Below, piece by piece: positions 22,831 to 35,299 of a DNA stretch of 39,517 nucleotides. The position numbers and the translations under genes were made by a program. The notes below the pieces were generated by a model. That model ran no database searches, was not told the DNA's origin, and was given only the letters and a program-made list of their open reading frames with translations. Origin of the DNA: Octopus bimaculoides (lineage: Eukaryota); NCBI RefSeq assembly GCF_001194135.2, contig NC_068989.1, positions 20,931,744-20,971,260 of the forward strand. The letters are read 5' to 3'. The number at the start of each line of letters is the position of its first letter. Within the stretch, counting starts at the first letter, position 1.

Positions 22831-22995
22831 TACATACATACATACATACATACATACATACATACATACATACATACATTCGTATATACATACATATCTT
22901 TGTTTATCTGAATATTTAACACAAGGTATTCACATACACATGCACAACTGAGCAATCTGTTAACAGAAACGTAATCTTGATTGTATCAAGTGAGG

Positions 22996-23252
22996 GTCCC
23001 AGCTGATATAATCAACGGGACAACTTGCTCGTGAAATTAACGTGCAAGTGGCTGAGCACTCCGCAGACACGTGTACCCTTAACGTACTTCTCAGGGAGAT
23101 TCAGCGTGACAAGGCCGGCCCTCATGCCAGCTGAGTGAACTGGAGCAACGTGAAAGGAAGTGTCTTGTTCAAAGGCACAACACGTCGCCGGGAATTGAAC
23201 CTACGACCTTACGATCGTGAGCCTAACGCCCTAACCACTAAGCTACGCGCCT
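22996..23252 (-). mobile_element. tRNA-derived SINE (related OR-like family, different central domain)
   Basis: Minus strand starts AGGCGCGTAGCTTAGTGGTTAGGGCG...GGTTCAATTCCCGG; centre TTGAACAAGACACTT...TTGCTCCAGTTCACTCAGCTGG; 3' domain as in 22447-22610. Confidence 0.85.
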
Positions 23253-23290
<38 letters not shown>

Positions 23291-23564
23291 TAGATCTGCG
23301 TTTATACACCAACACTCATATGTATTCGTTATATATATTATATATGTATATATACTTATATACATGAAGAACTATGGACCTTCTGTTTGTTTTTAGTACG
23401 ATTCTACATTCAGTATACGTTATGTGTTTTGTTTATTTACCATACATTTTGAAATTTATTATGTAATGGAACGGTTCTAACCAAGATTCAAGGCTCCTTC
23501 ATTGGAATTTGAACATCAACAACAGGGTTTATATGTATGTATGTATGTATTTATGTATGGATGT

Positions 23565-23615
<51 letters not shown>

Positions 23616-24470
23616 NNNNNNNNNNNNNNNNNNNNNNNNNNNNNNNNNNNNNNNNNNNNNNNNNNNNNNNNNNNNNNNNNNNNNNNNNNNNNNNNNNNNN
23701 NNNNNNNNNNNNNNNNNNNNNNNNNNNNNNNNNNNNNNNNNNNNNNNNNNNNNNNNNNNNNNNNNNNNNNNNNNNNNNNNNNNNNNNNNNNNNNNNNNNN
23801 NNNNNNNNNNNNNNNNNNNNNNNNNNNNNNNNNNNNNNNNNNNNNNNNNNNNNNNNNNNNNNNNNNNNNNNNNNNNNNNNNNNNNNNNNNNNNNNNNNNN
23901 NNNNNNNNNNNNNNNNNNNNNNNNNNNNNNNNNNNNNNNNNNNNNNNNNNNNNNNNNNNNNNNNNNNNNNNNNNNNNNNNNNNNNNNNNNNNNNNNNNNN
24001 NNNNNNNNNNNNNNNNNNNNNNNNNNNNNNNNNNNNNNNNNNNNNNNNNNNNNNNNNNNNNNNNNNNNNNNNNNNNNNNNNNNNNNNNNNNNNNNNNNNN
24101 NNNNNNNNNNNNNNNNNNNNNNNNNNNNNNNNNNNNNNNNNNNNNNNNNNNNNNNNNNNNNNNNNNNNNNNNNNNNNNNNNNNNNNNNNNNNNNNNNNNN
24201 NNNNNNNNNNNNNNNNNNNNNNNNNNNNNNNNNNNNNNNNNNNNNNNNNNNNNNNNNNNNNNNNNNNNNNNNNNNNNNNNNNNNNNNNNNNNNNNNNNNN
24301 NNNNNNNNNNNNNNNNNNNNNNNNNNNNNNNNNNNNNNNNNNNNNNNNNNNNNNNNNNNNNNNNNNNNNNNNNNNNNNNNNNNNNNNNNNNNNNNNNNNN
24401 NNNNNNNNNNNNNNNNNNNNNNNNNNNNNNNNNNNNNNNNNNNNNNNNNNNNNNNNNNNNNNNNNNNNNN

Positions 24471-25501
24471 CGCCACGACTAAGCCCGACCGGAGCACGTA
24501 ACGATGACAACAGACAGGAAGAAAGAAATAACACAGACCACACGTTGCGAAGTGAAACTAACTTTTTTTTACATCACAATACAAAACAACATTGCATAAC
24601 AATAATACTTGCTTGTGAAATAACACATGTAACATAGTTTCCAAGCATCTGACAAAGTTTCCGAATAATTACAAAGTCTACAATCATTTCACATAATCAT
24701 AAAGTTTACAATCAAAGTTCGTGTCTCAGAAGTCAATTAAAAGTTCTTTTTGCTTCTCTTTTCTTTTAACAACATGTAACAACAAAGTTCTCTCTTTTCT
24801 TTTCTGCCAGTTAACATCACAGTTAACAAAAGTTCTTTTTCTTTTAACATCATGTAACAACAAAGTACATTTTTCTTTAAAGAAATGTAAACATTTACCG
24901 TAACAAATTCAAATCTCCCACTGCAATCGACCAGAACTGACCAACGTAGTCTACTACAATCTTTTGCCTGCCACAACAGTCCCTTCTCTCTCATTGACTC
25001 TAGCCATTTCGGTCACTGGTAACTTGTGTCAACAGCCTCTCTCTCTTAGCCTCTTTCTGTCAGCCTCTCTGTTCATCTTGCTTCTCTTCACTCACTGCTG
25101 GCTGCCACACACTCGTTCTTCACTGGCTGATCGCTTGTACATCGACTGCGATTCCATCTGGCTCCTCTACTGGCTGTTGGCCTTTACACCGAACTCGCGT
25201 TCTTCATCCACTGACTTTGTTTACACCAACTGCTGTCTACACCAACTGCGATTCCCAAATCTATACTCTCGTATTTATGACAGACACTGTAGCTCACAGT
25301 GCTACGATACACCTTCCAAAGCTGGGTCAGTTTAGTACAGTTCCTAACTTGTTGTTCTAAACTTTCGATGACCGGAAAGGGTCAGCGATCACACTCCTAC
25401 GCTATAAATAGCCGTGCTTGTTGACAGGACAAAGGAAATACCAATGCCCTGACCAACTAGCAAACGGTTTCAAACTCAGCTCGGGGAATAGGGACATAAC
25501 A
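24471..25501 (-). mobile_element. probable LTR of an LTR retrotransposon (3' end in gap)
   Basis: Minus strand begins TGTTATGTCC at a sharp composition boundary (25501), has a TATA-like CATAAATAC at ~25270-78, short internal tandem repeats at 24740-24870 and an A-rich poly(A)-signal-like tract near 24565. No terminal CA, PBS or ORF is visible. Confidence 0.45.
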
Positions 25502-25555
25502 TTATTTTTGTTTGTTTATCGGCGTCCGTATCAATATATATATATATGAATACAT

Positions 25556-27881
25556 TAGGGATACAACTTTTTTGCAACTCCATAGTCCTGTATTATATTC
25601 TGATGAGTTAGAAAACAATCAAAATCCATTGTTTTTTGTTTCGTATTTGATCAAAAAAGTTCACCCATGACTAACTTTGAAATTTTTATATTCGGTTGCA
25701 TTTGGGTGGATTTCCAAAAACTAGAACTCTGGTTGAATAATAAACAAAACATGGAAAAAGATCCAAAACATTTAATCCATAAGTGTTAAAAATATTGTAT
25801 TCTGCATTCCAGAACAATAAAAAGAAGGTAAGTCATATTAAGTCAAATTAGTCAATAGTCAAGTTTTGGCAAGTCTCATAGAGAGAACGAATCGCAATGG
25901 CATGTTGGCTTTGTTCTTTCATGACCATAATTGCTCGCTCACAGCATTGGTTGCTTCTGTTAATGTTTAGTTTTGAGGGCTCTTGTTTCCAGTGATTTTC
26001 CAAGCATTTCAAAGCAGTCTTGTAAGGTACTGAGGCTTGCGATAGCACTGCATAACCTTCAGCTCTATACACTTGGTCACTGAACCAGTGGTTCGCCCAG
26101 TCATATGACACGAACTGGCAGACCATCTGCAATCCTTCTGTCATATGTGGTGTAAGGGAAAATGCGAGAAGGGCTAAGATTGCTCACGAATTCCATCTGA
26201 CGTTACTAAAGTTCGGAATTTTCTGAAACTTGATGAAAGGTAGGTCGTTGTTTTCACGGAAGAACCTGAAGGTACGGGATAAATGGAACAGAAACTTCAT
26301 ATCATCTCTCCAGCCAGTTTGATCTTCAATGACACGAGTTCTATTCAGGAAAGAGATTTGGAGTTCTTCATAAACTTGTCGCGAGTTCTTTGACAAAAAG
26401 ATATTCGATGCTGGGTGAATTACCTGCGCCTGCTAGCTCCTCATCCATAGTAACGCGTAGGATTCTGCCCAAGACATGGTGTTGGCAGCTCACGAATTGT
26501 GGCTTGTTATAGCCTTTGCTCAAGAACATTCTCTGCAGTCTAGCCATTACCCTACTCTTTCGTCCTGTATTCACACTTGTATCAACAATAATAATTGAAA
26601 TCGAGTTTCACAAATGAAATTAGTCCAGGACGATTTTCAATCCTTCTACAATGATCTCAGCCTTGCCATCATACAGCTTCAGAGCAGCCAGCTTGATTTC
26701 ATTTCTTTCATTTTTGCTGACAACCGCTTGATATTCATTTCCGTCAATATGCTTACCATCGAAATGCAGGTTCCGTTTCTGATTGCGTAGCGTATCGATC
26801 AAGTGTTTCTTCATTTCATCAGGTTTCTTGAAGAGTGCCTTGTAAATGCCTTGCTGACTAGGAGCTGGGATATCTGACAACTGTTTGCGGATTTTCGCAG
26901 CTTTGTTGGTAGAGACGTTTGTTCCAGTTACAAGACTCGTACCAAATGCAGATTTGTTGTGACTTCTTGTGGAGGAATAAGTGCCATCAGTATCACTATC
27001 ATGTTGATCAACGCTGTCATCTTCACCATAATTGTACTCTTCAATCTCTTCTTCTTCAAAGTCACTGTCAGTATTCAGGTTTGATATAGAATGGGAGGTT
27101 TTAGCATTAGAGCATCTACTTCTCTTGGAAGGATGGATAGTGTGCTTGCTTGCAGATTTGCTTGTCGAATAACCCAATTTGCTCTTGCTTTGGAATACAG
27201 CTTTTTGTCATCAACATGGAGGTATTCACCGTGGACTTTGGTTATATCGAACAGTTCTAATGGCTCAAATTTTCCTTTCTTGTTGCATTTGTCATACAAA
27301 TGAAGCACATTTTCGATTGCTCGGAAATGATTGAAAAATTCAGTTTATCTCTCCACAATAGTGTCACTTCTCTTGATAATTCAGCCTTTAATTGATTTCC
27401 AAGAAACTGCTCCTTCAGTGGTATCCGACTTCTGCTGGCCTATGAGGCTTCTTCTACCGGTACATGACTTCTAGATGAATGGGGCTGGAACTGCACCAAA
27501 TTTTTCCATTTCTCCTTGTTTTTCTGAACAACTTCGAAGCTTTTCTTGAATGGCATACTTCTAGTAGACATGCAAATCTCACGCTGAAACCGACACAAGG
27601 GTGAAAATGAAAGAAAAACTTAATTATTTGCTTCATGACTAAGCATGATGTCTCAGCAATACAATCTAATCACCACTGAGATCTTATAAATGCTAAGAGT
27701 GCTGTGTAACCTTGCCCATATTCAAACAAGTTTTGCATAAGAATACAAACATAGATGCATGGGTAAACTTTTTTAAAGATGGCTCAAAAGTAAGTTCACT
27801 TTAGTTACTTATACATAACAGCTAATCTAAATATGATACAGAAAATTGTTTTTGAGGAAAAAATAAAAATTTGTATCCCTA
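25556..27881 (-). mobile_element. hAT-superfamily (hATm-like) DNA transposon, both TIRs present, transposase pseudogene
   Basis: TIRs TAGGGATACAACTTTT (25556-) and AAAATTTGTATCCCTA (-27881). Minus-strand frames give LFDI, LHFDGK (D 26758-60), DTSVNTG (D 26581-83), CQHHVL, VRWNS and CCERAI (E 25938-40), broken by stops and frameshifts. The subfamily assignment is recalled from motif patterns. Confidence 0.8.
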
Positions 27882-27887
27882 ATATAC

Positions 27888-27913
27888 CTATCTATCAATC
27901 AATCAATCAATCA

Positions 27914-27993
<80 letters not shown>
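27888..27993. repeat. (TCAA)n(TCTA)n microsatellite
   Basis: Direct reading. Confidence 0.95.
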
Positions 27994-28749
27994 GTCGAAT
28001 GAAAGTTTCAATAAAAAATGGATAAATGTGGCAAGAATGGTAAGAATGAAAGACGACACCATTTTAAGCATAGACTTGTAACAAAAAGAGACAAAAAGAG
28101 AGAAGNNNNNNNNNNNNNNNNNNNNNNNNNNNNNNNNNNNNNNNNNNNNNNNNNNNNNNNNNNNNNNNNNNNNNNNNNNNNNNNNNNNNNNNNNNNNNNN
28201 NNNNNNNNNNNNNNNNNNNNNNNNNNNNNNNNNNNNNNNNNNNNNNNNNNNNNNNNNNNNNNNNNNNNNNNNNNNNNNNNNNNNNNNNNNNNNNNNNNNN
28301 NNNNNNNNNNNNNNNNNNNNNNNNNNNNNNNNNNNNNNNNNNNNNNNNNNNNNNNNNNNNNNNNNNNNNNNNNNNNNNNNNNNNNNNNNNNNNNNNNNNN
28401 NNNNNNNNNNNNNNNNNNNNNNNNNNNNNNNNNNNNNNNNNNNNNNNNNNNNNNNNNNNNNNNNNNNNNNNNNNNNNNNNNNNNNNNNNNNNNNNNNNNN
28501 NNNNNNNNNNNNNNNNNNNNNNNNNNNNNNNNNNNNNNNNNNNNNNNNNNNNNNNNNNNNNNNNNNNNNNNNNNNNNNNNNNNNNNNNNNNNNNNNNNNN
28601 NNNNNNNNNNNNNNNNNNNNNNNNNNNNNNNNNNNNNNNNNNNNNNNATATATATATATATATATACATATATATCTATTACTTATTGATTATATTGAGA
28701 ACTAGTAACTGTAAGCGCATGTGTGTGAGAGGGCTGGGTGCAATCTACT

Positions 28750-29530
28750 TTTTCTACTTAACGTTTGTGTTTTTCGTTCCAAACCTGAATAACATTACCT
28801 GTTTCAATTGGCACAATATTGCCCAAGAAGATTGTGCTTCCATAAGGGAACATTGCTTATACTCCAGAATTGACATGATTAGCCAAACTACTCATATAAT
28901 ATTTGGAGTTTTTTTTGCATGTTGAGCAACTAAAGGGCTCCTATTATTTCAGAATCACCTCTAGTCTTCACGACAGGGACCGTATGTTCATGGTTAATAT
29001 CACCCTTGAGCAGTCTCTTGACATAATCTCGTCCCGAAATTAGAAAATGTTGCATCATTATTCATCGAAAAGGATTTTCTTCCTCGAGGCATTAATTACT
29101 TTCGATAGGCTGGAAAAACTGTTTTTTCTAGCTTATCATTGCTGATTGGAGACAGGAGTGGTTTACCAATTGCAAACCTTCCATGGTATCCAGTTTTAGA
29201 CAGTTTATAATTAATGGTTTTAGTTAGCTAAAGGTTGGTAAGGTGATACAGTTTCGATATAATTTTGCTGCCGTAGTTCATTGTGCTGAATAACATAGAT
29301 AAAGAGTATTTCAATAAGTCTTCCTATTCTGCGGTTCCCCTTTGTGACCTTTACTTTCCATCCAGCTTGCTAGAGCTAGCTTCAACTTGGTTTTGGAATC
29401 CGAACATAATTTCAGAGACTCTGCCTCTCGAAAAATTAAAACCTTCAGCAGTATCATTGACAGATGCTCCGGATATCCACACCTGGCTCCATTGGAACTT
29501 AGGCGGGTCTTGCATTTTAATTTTGATTTA
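28750..29530 (-). mobile_element. Tc1-like transposase pseudogene, heavily decayed
   Basis: Minus strand reads GASVNDTAEGFNFSRGRVSEIM; RTTAAK; KLSKTGYHGRFAIGKPLLS; KKILF.DE; GRDYVKR...TVPVVK; MFPYGSTIFLGNIVPI.T..VIQVWNEKH. Confidence 0.7.
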
Positions 29531-31789
29531 AATATATATTTGAGAGCTATGCAAAATGTACAGGGAACATGTAATGCATTTGAGTACATACATACTAGAA
29601 CAGTTTTGAATTTGTCATGTTGCCAATATAAAAAGAGTTAGAAAAAAGCGGTCTTTTTATAAATTTGTCCAACGTCTATATATAGATATCATATGACATA
29701 ATTGATGGAATTGTTAAAACACAGCAACAGTTTTACTGCAGCTGGGGCTCTAGATTTCATATAAAAAAATTTATTTATAATATTTGATTAGTGAAGACTT
29801 TAATGTTCGTATTAATGAGCTATTTAATCCTGTGAATATTCTAAAAAATAAACTCAACTTGTATGCATACGTTAGATAATGTTTTAGAAAAGCAATGATT
29901 ACATATGAAAAATGTCATATCTTAGTACTTACTTAACAATGGCAATTACTTTATATTGATTGTTATTGTACTCTTACTTTTGATCTCTTGTCAGGGTTCT
30001 TGTGCTCGGTATAATATTACGTTGGTGATTATAGAACTCAACAGTAACAAATCTGTATTGCAACATTCAAATGAATATTTACAGAACAATGGTGCTTCTG
30101 ATCAATATCATCAGAATATGATTTCTTTTCTACGTTGTCTATCATTTTTGTCTCTCTTTCCTTCTTTCTTTCTCTTTCTTTCTCTTTCTCTCTCTATTTC
30201 TCTTTCTCTCTCTATTTCTCTTTTTCTCATCCTCTCTTATTTCTTTGTTGGCCTCTGCATTTTCCCCATTTTCCTTGACATGATTTCAGAAGAAAATCCA
30301 CTCCTCGTATAGGTATGCATTGTCTATTGGAATATGACTCATTTTGTTTCTTCTTCATTGCCTCTCTATCACTTTCGTCCTTCTCATACCTGCATTTACT
30401 TGCTTAAACAAGTTCACATGCCACGCGCATGCACCTCCCTTCACACACGCACGCATAAAAATATACGCAAACACACAAATAATCTCATACACATATACAG
30501 TGTAGTGTTGCCCACACAAAATATACGCATAAACTTATATGCAGTGTCACACTCACTGGTGATGATAATGCTCGAAAACATATATATGCACACATACATA
30601 TATACTATATACAGACGTACAATATATTCAGTACACGCAAACTAAAAAAGTCCGTCCACTCATAGACACCTGCGCACAAACTCATACACAGAAATATATA
30701 TATACGTGTATAAACATATATGTATTTGCTGCGACAGGTGAAGCAATTTATACAGTGCTGGGAGACGTGAATGAGTTAGAGCGATCCGAAAACAGAGGTA
30801 TTTATATTTTTACATACTTTTCGATTTATCTGGGTGACTTTTTCTCTGTACACACACACATACTCGAACATACACGCGCGCACACACGCATACACACACA
30901 CAAACACATAAACACAAGCACACACGCACGTGCACTCTCACACACACATACTTATATATATATATATATATNNNNNNNNNNNNNNNNNNNNNNNNNNNNN
31001 NNNNNNNNNNNNNNNNNNNNNNNNNNNNNNNNNNNNNNNNNNNNNNNNNNNNNNNNNNNNNNNNNNNNNNNNNNNNNNNNNNNNNNNNNNNNNNNNNNNN
31101 NNNNNNNNNNNNNNNNNNNNNNNNNNNNNNNNNNNNNNNNNNNNNNNNNNNNNNNNNNNNNNNNNNNNNNNNNNNNNNNNNNNNNNNNNNNNNNNNNNNN
31201 NNNNNNNNNNNNNNNNNNNNNNNNNNNNNNNNNNNNNNNNNNNNNNNNNNNNNNNNNNNNNNNNNNNNNNNNNNNNNNNNNNNNNNNNNNNNNNNNNNNN
31301 NNNNNNNNNNNNNNNNNNNNNNNNNNNNNNNNNNNNNNNNNNNNNNNNNNNNNNNNNNNNNNNNNNNNNNNNNNNNNNNNNNNNNNNNNNNNNNNNNNNN
31401 NNNNNNNNNNNNNNNNNNNNNNNNNNNNNNNNNNNNNNNNNNNNNNNNNNNNNNNNNNNNNNNNNNNNNNNNNNNNNNNNNNNNNNNNNNNNNNNNNNNN
31501 NNNNNNNNNNNNNNNNNNNNNNNNNNNNNNNNNNNNNNNNNNNNNNNNNNNNNNNNNNNNNNNNNNNNNNNNNNNNNNNNNNNNNNNNNNNNNNNNNNNN
31601 NNNNNNNNNNNNNNNNNNNNNNNNNNNNNNNNNNNNNNNNNNNNNNNNNNNNNNNNNNNNNNNNNNNNNNNNNNNNNNNNNNNNNNNNNNNNNNNNNNNN
31701 NNNNNNNNATGTTTATAAAAACGGATACATAATAACACAACTTTATTTAGCCAATAATGCGATCAGGATAAAAATAAGCTTTTTTTTCT

Positions 31790-32178
31790 ATAATGGTTAT
31801 TCAATAGAACTATTTTCAGCTTCAGCATCTACTTCTATATGAGATCTAAATCATCAACATGCTTGAATCAAGTTGTCCTGGTTCATTTTGGACATTACTC
31901 TGACTATGCCAGCTTTCAAAGAGTCTTTAGTGTTATGGGTGTGTTAATTAAACCCTTTTCTGTCAACAACGTTCCGCATGTAATAGTCCAATGGACTGAG
32001 ATCTGGGGGAATTAGGAGACCAAATGTTAGGGGTTATGTGATCATGAAAATTTTCAGCCATTCATTCCTGTGTAACCAGAGTCATGTGTGATAGTGCCGA
32101 GTCTTACTGAAACACATATGGCCTTCCATAGCATACACTGTCTATCCAGGGAGTTTAATTATTTCCAGGACCTCAATG
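31790..32178 (-). mobile_element. Tc1/mariner (DD37D maT-like) transposase 3' fragment
   Basis: Minus strand reads PWIDSVCYGRPYVFQ*DSALSH...TQEWMAENFHDHITPNIWSPNSPDLSPLDYY...HNTKDSLKAGIVRVM...LIQAC..FRSHIE; the third catalytic position is D. Confidence 0.8.
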
Positions 32179-32180
32179 TT

Positions 32181-32291
32181 GTCGCTTGACCACCGATGTT
32201 GGTGTGTTTACGTCTCCATAAACTTGCGGTTCGGCAAGAGACCGATACAATAAATACCAAGCTTACAAAGAATAAGTTCTGGGGTCGATTA
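32181..32291 (+). mobile_element. OK-like SINE central/3' fragment
   Basis: CGCTTGACCACCGATGTTGGTGTGTTTACGTC...GCGGTTCGGCAAGAGACCGATA...GAATAAGTTCTGGGGTCGATT. Confidence 0.75.
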
Positions 32292-32295
32292 GAGT

Positions 32296-32343
32296 AATTC
32301 CTTAGCGCTTTCGTTCGTTTATCGAACTCGTCAAGACGAAATT
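32296..32343 (-). ncRNA. degenerate minimal type I hammerhead ribozyme
   Basis: Minus strand: AATTTCGT-CTTGACGA-GTTCG(ATAAA)CGAAC-GAAA-GCGC-TA-AGGAATT. Stem II is perfect, stem III is the palindrome AGCGCT, the core has an extra T and stem I is imperfect. Confidence 0.5.
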
Positions 32344-32409
32344 AAAACCAAAAATAATAAAACCTGAACGTTTTCTTGTTCTTTTATGTGAATCAGATAT
32401 TTTTTGCTT

Positions 32410-32580
32410 CAAACATTCAATTTTTGAGAGTTATTGCTTTTAGATAAGAAAACATATCCACAGAAAAAAGGGCACGGCACGGCTATGGGTACGAGCTTTG
32501 TACCCTCATATGCCAACCTACTCATGGGATACTTGAATGAAAAACTTTACAAGAAGGTCAAGAGGGCTTTTAATCATGAA
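32410..32580 (+). mobile_element. Penelope-like RT fragment (motif B)
   Basis: DKKTYPQKK..GTAMGTSFVPSYANLLMGYLNEKLY. Confidence 0.8.
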
Positions 32581-32751
32581 AAATATATATATATAGTTTT
32601 TTTTTTGGTGGGGAAGAAGTAAAAACAAAGAGCGGGAAAATAGACCTAGTGAGAGGTTTATTTTCAATTATATTGTTTGTTTTGGAGACAAGAGAGGAAG
32701 AGGAAAAAAGAAAAAAGAAAATAGAGGGAGAAAAGTAAAGGGTGGGGAAAA

Positions 32752-32835
32752 GATAGATAGATAGACAGATAAATAAATAGATAGATAGACAGATAGATAG
32801 ATAGATAGACAGATAGATAGATAGATAGATCGATC

Positions 32836-32877
<42 letters not shown>

Positions 32878-32895
32878 CAGATAGATAGATAGATA
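32752..32895. repeat. (GATA)n microsatellite
   Basis: Direct reading. Confidence 0.95.
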
Positions 32896-33924
32896 AAGAG
32901 AGTGAGAGAGGTTTCTCAATTTGATGTCAACCCATTGCAATTTCATTATAAAACATTTTTTTTTTGTCTTTTCTCTTTCTCTTTCTCATTGTGTACCTAT
33001 CAACATATTTATAAATTAGCACATTTTCTCACAAGGGCTAGATGAGCTTTCAAGAAGATGTCAATTTCAGGAAGTGGGATGAGAAGGATTAGGAAAGAGA
33101 GGAAGAAGAAGAAAAACTGTTTAATTCTTAAGTTGGTACGGTCGGTTACTACTGTAAAGTTTGAAAAATAAAGTGTTTAAAGTCTTATGAAAATTTATGT
33201 TTCTTGACACCTGTGTAATCAAATCCCATCTTCAGTGTAATCCCACGTTTTGCACGAACAAACACAACATTCATAAATCAGGAAAATAAAGCGAGATCAT
33301 AAAAAATAATTTGTGTTATATTTTTGATTACCTTTCATGATTTTGTAGAATTATTTTTCTTTTTCTTGCTTGCTTTGATAAGATAATTCAAAACAGATAT
33401 TTTTCACGAATTACTTTGCCAGGCAGATACATTAGATATCGCTCTTAATCAGTGATAAAATGGTTCTAGTATTCTTTCTCTGGTATATGTAGGTTCTATA
33501 AGAACAACAGTTATCAAAAAATCCCACTGTCATACATGTATCTCATCATTGGAACCACATTCAGAAATAACAGTAATAGTGTAATATAAATGTTTCCCTT
33601 TCATCCATCATCATCATTATATAAAATAGTAAAATGACCCAGAATAAGTTTTCTTGACAGCCACTAGAACCATCTAGCATACATTGATGTTACCTTACAG
33701 TTACCTTACATGGTATGTGAATATTGTTAGACAGCAATATAGCGTTCTGTGCAACATCCATTTGCATTATTTCCCTCCAGTCGCATTAGCTAGGCACAGC
33801 GTCCGTGCGAGCTTACCGTGTAGTATTCATAGCTTATTTCATTTGAACGGGTATTCATGTATATTGTTTCTGTTTCTCTTTCCATTTTTTTCACAAAATA
33901 TAGTTCTTCTGCTTCTCTTTCAAC

Positions 33925-34335
33925 CATTTAATTTTGGAGAGAATTTCTTTTAGATAATAAAACATTGCTTTTAGATAATAAAACATATCGACAGAAAAAA
34001 GGGCACGGCTATGGGTACGAGCTTTTCACACACATATGTTAACCTACTCATGGGATATTTGGAAGAAAAGCTTTACAAGAAGGTCGAGAGGGCTATTAAT
34101 CATGATTGCAAGAATTACGTCATTAAAAAGAGGAAACGCTTCCTTGATGGCTGATTTATATTTTGGGACAAATCAAATGAGGACCTACAAATATTTAATA
34201 ATATACTCAGCACACTTCACCCATCCATCAAATTCCCGACAGAATTCATTTTCAATGAATTACCATTCTTGAATATTCACATAAAAATGCACAACTCCAC
34301 AATCACAACAGACATATTTTACAAAAACAAAAACA
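33925..34335 (+). mobile_element. Penelope-like RT fragment (motifs B-E)
   Basis: DNKTYRQKK-GTAMGTSFSHTYVNLLMGYLEEKLY...KRFLDG*FIFW...ILSTLHPSIKFPTE...ELPFLNIHI...ITTDIFYK. Confidence 0.85.
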
Positions 34336-34499
34336 ACAAAATTAAAAATAATAAAATAAAACGGATACGCACACCAAAGTTTGAATTTCTACTCTTGCCA
34401 TCCTTTACACATCAAAAAGAACATCCCATAGAGCATGCCAATACGTATCTGTATTATTGCGATTGGCCCAAGAACACGACAAATGCGATTCAATGTAGT

Positions 34500-34565
34500 A
34501 AAGGTAGATGAAATGCTGCAAAGCATTTTACCCGGCGTGCTAACGATTCTACTTGTTCATCGCCT
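34500..34565 (-). mobile_element. SINE tRNA-like head fragment
   Basis: Minus strand GGCGATGAACAAGTAGAATCGTTAGCACGCCGGGTAAAATGCTT resembles the head of the family at 20370. Confidence 0.55.
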
Positions 34566-35266
34566 TGTATTTATTATATATTCATCTATTATATGCAACT
34601 GAAAGAATATTGAATTAAAATAGTCACCATGTATCGTTCTTAATGTTAGTCTAACGTAGAACAGATATTTACGGCGCTAGATGTCATAGGTAACATATAT
34701 AATGGATGTGTTGCGTTTAAAATCACAATATATATAATGAAGGGGGATGAAACGTGTTTCAGCTTGAGTTAGTAAGAATACCAGATGCATTTCAGCCTCA
34801 TTGAACCATATTAATGACGTGTACATACAGACAGTATCATGCTTAGACAAGAGTTATCACATCCGATATGAAGAAAACGGTGCATAAATCTTCACTTGTA
34901 ATTCGATTAGATGCTCGCCGGAATGATAACCCATTATATGCAACAGAAATAATATTAAATTAAAATAACCCTCTATGTATCATCTTCTATAATATAAATT
35001 GAACATGGGCGACCGTTCTATTCTTTTTTGTCTCAAGTTTCACGGCCAAACGGTTGGGTGGATTCGCGTGAAAAATGGCACACATATGGAGACGGGTGCA
35101 TAGATTGGAACGGGCTTCCCTACCCCCATAGTTACCAAGAAAATCTATTAAAATGACATGCGTGCGTGCCTGTGTGTATGTGACTGTGTGTCCCTGAAGC
35201 CATTCATGCATACATACATACATACATACATGCATAACCACTCTCTCTCTCTCGGTTTTTCTCTAT

Positions 35267-35299
<33 letters not shown>

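Noticed and set aside
22740-23252. tRNA genes
   Set aside because: The A/B-box heads continue into SINE bodies and lack a proper acceptor stem.
25600-25616. CTGATGAGTTAGAAAAC as a hammerhead core
   Set aside because: There is no room for stem II and no stem III or stem I; it lies in the hAT subterminal region.
35030-35150. Helentron/HINE-like fragment (AAACGGTTGGGTGGATTCGCGTGAAAAATGGCACAC)
   Set aside because: Only one short motif resembles such elements; no subterminal repeats or 3' hairpin were found.
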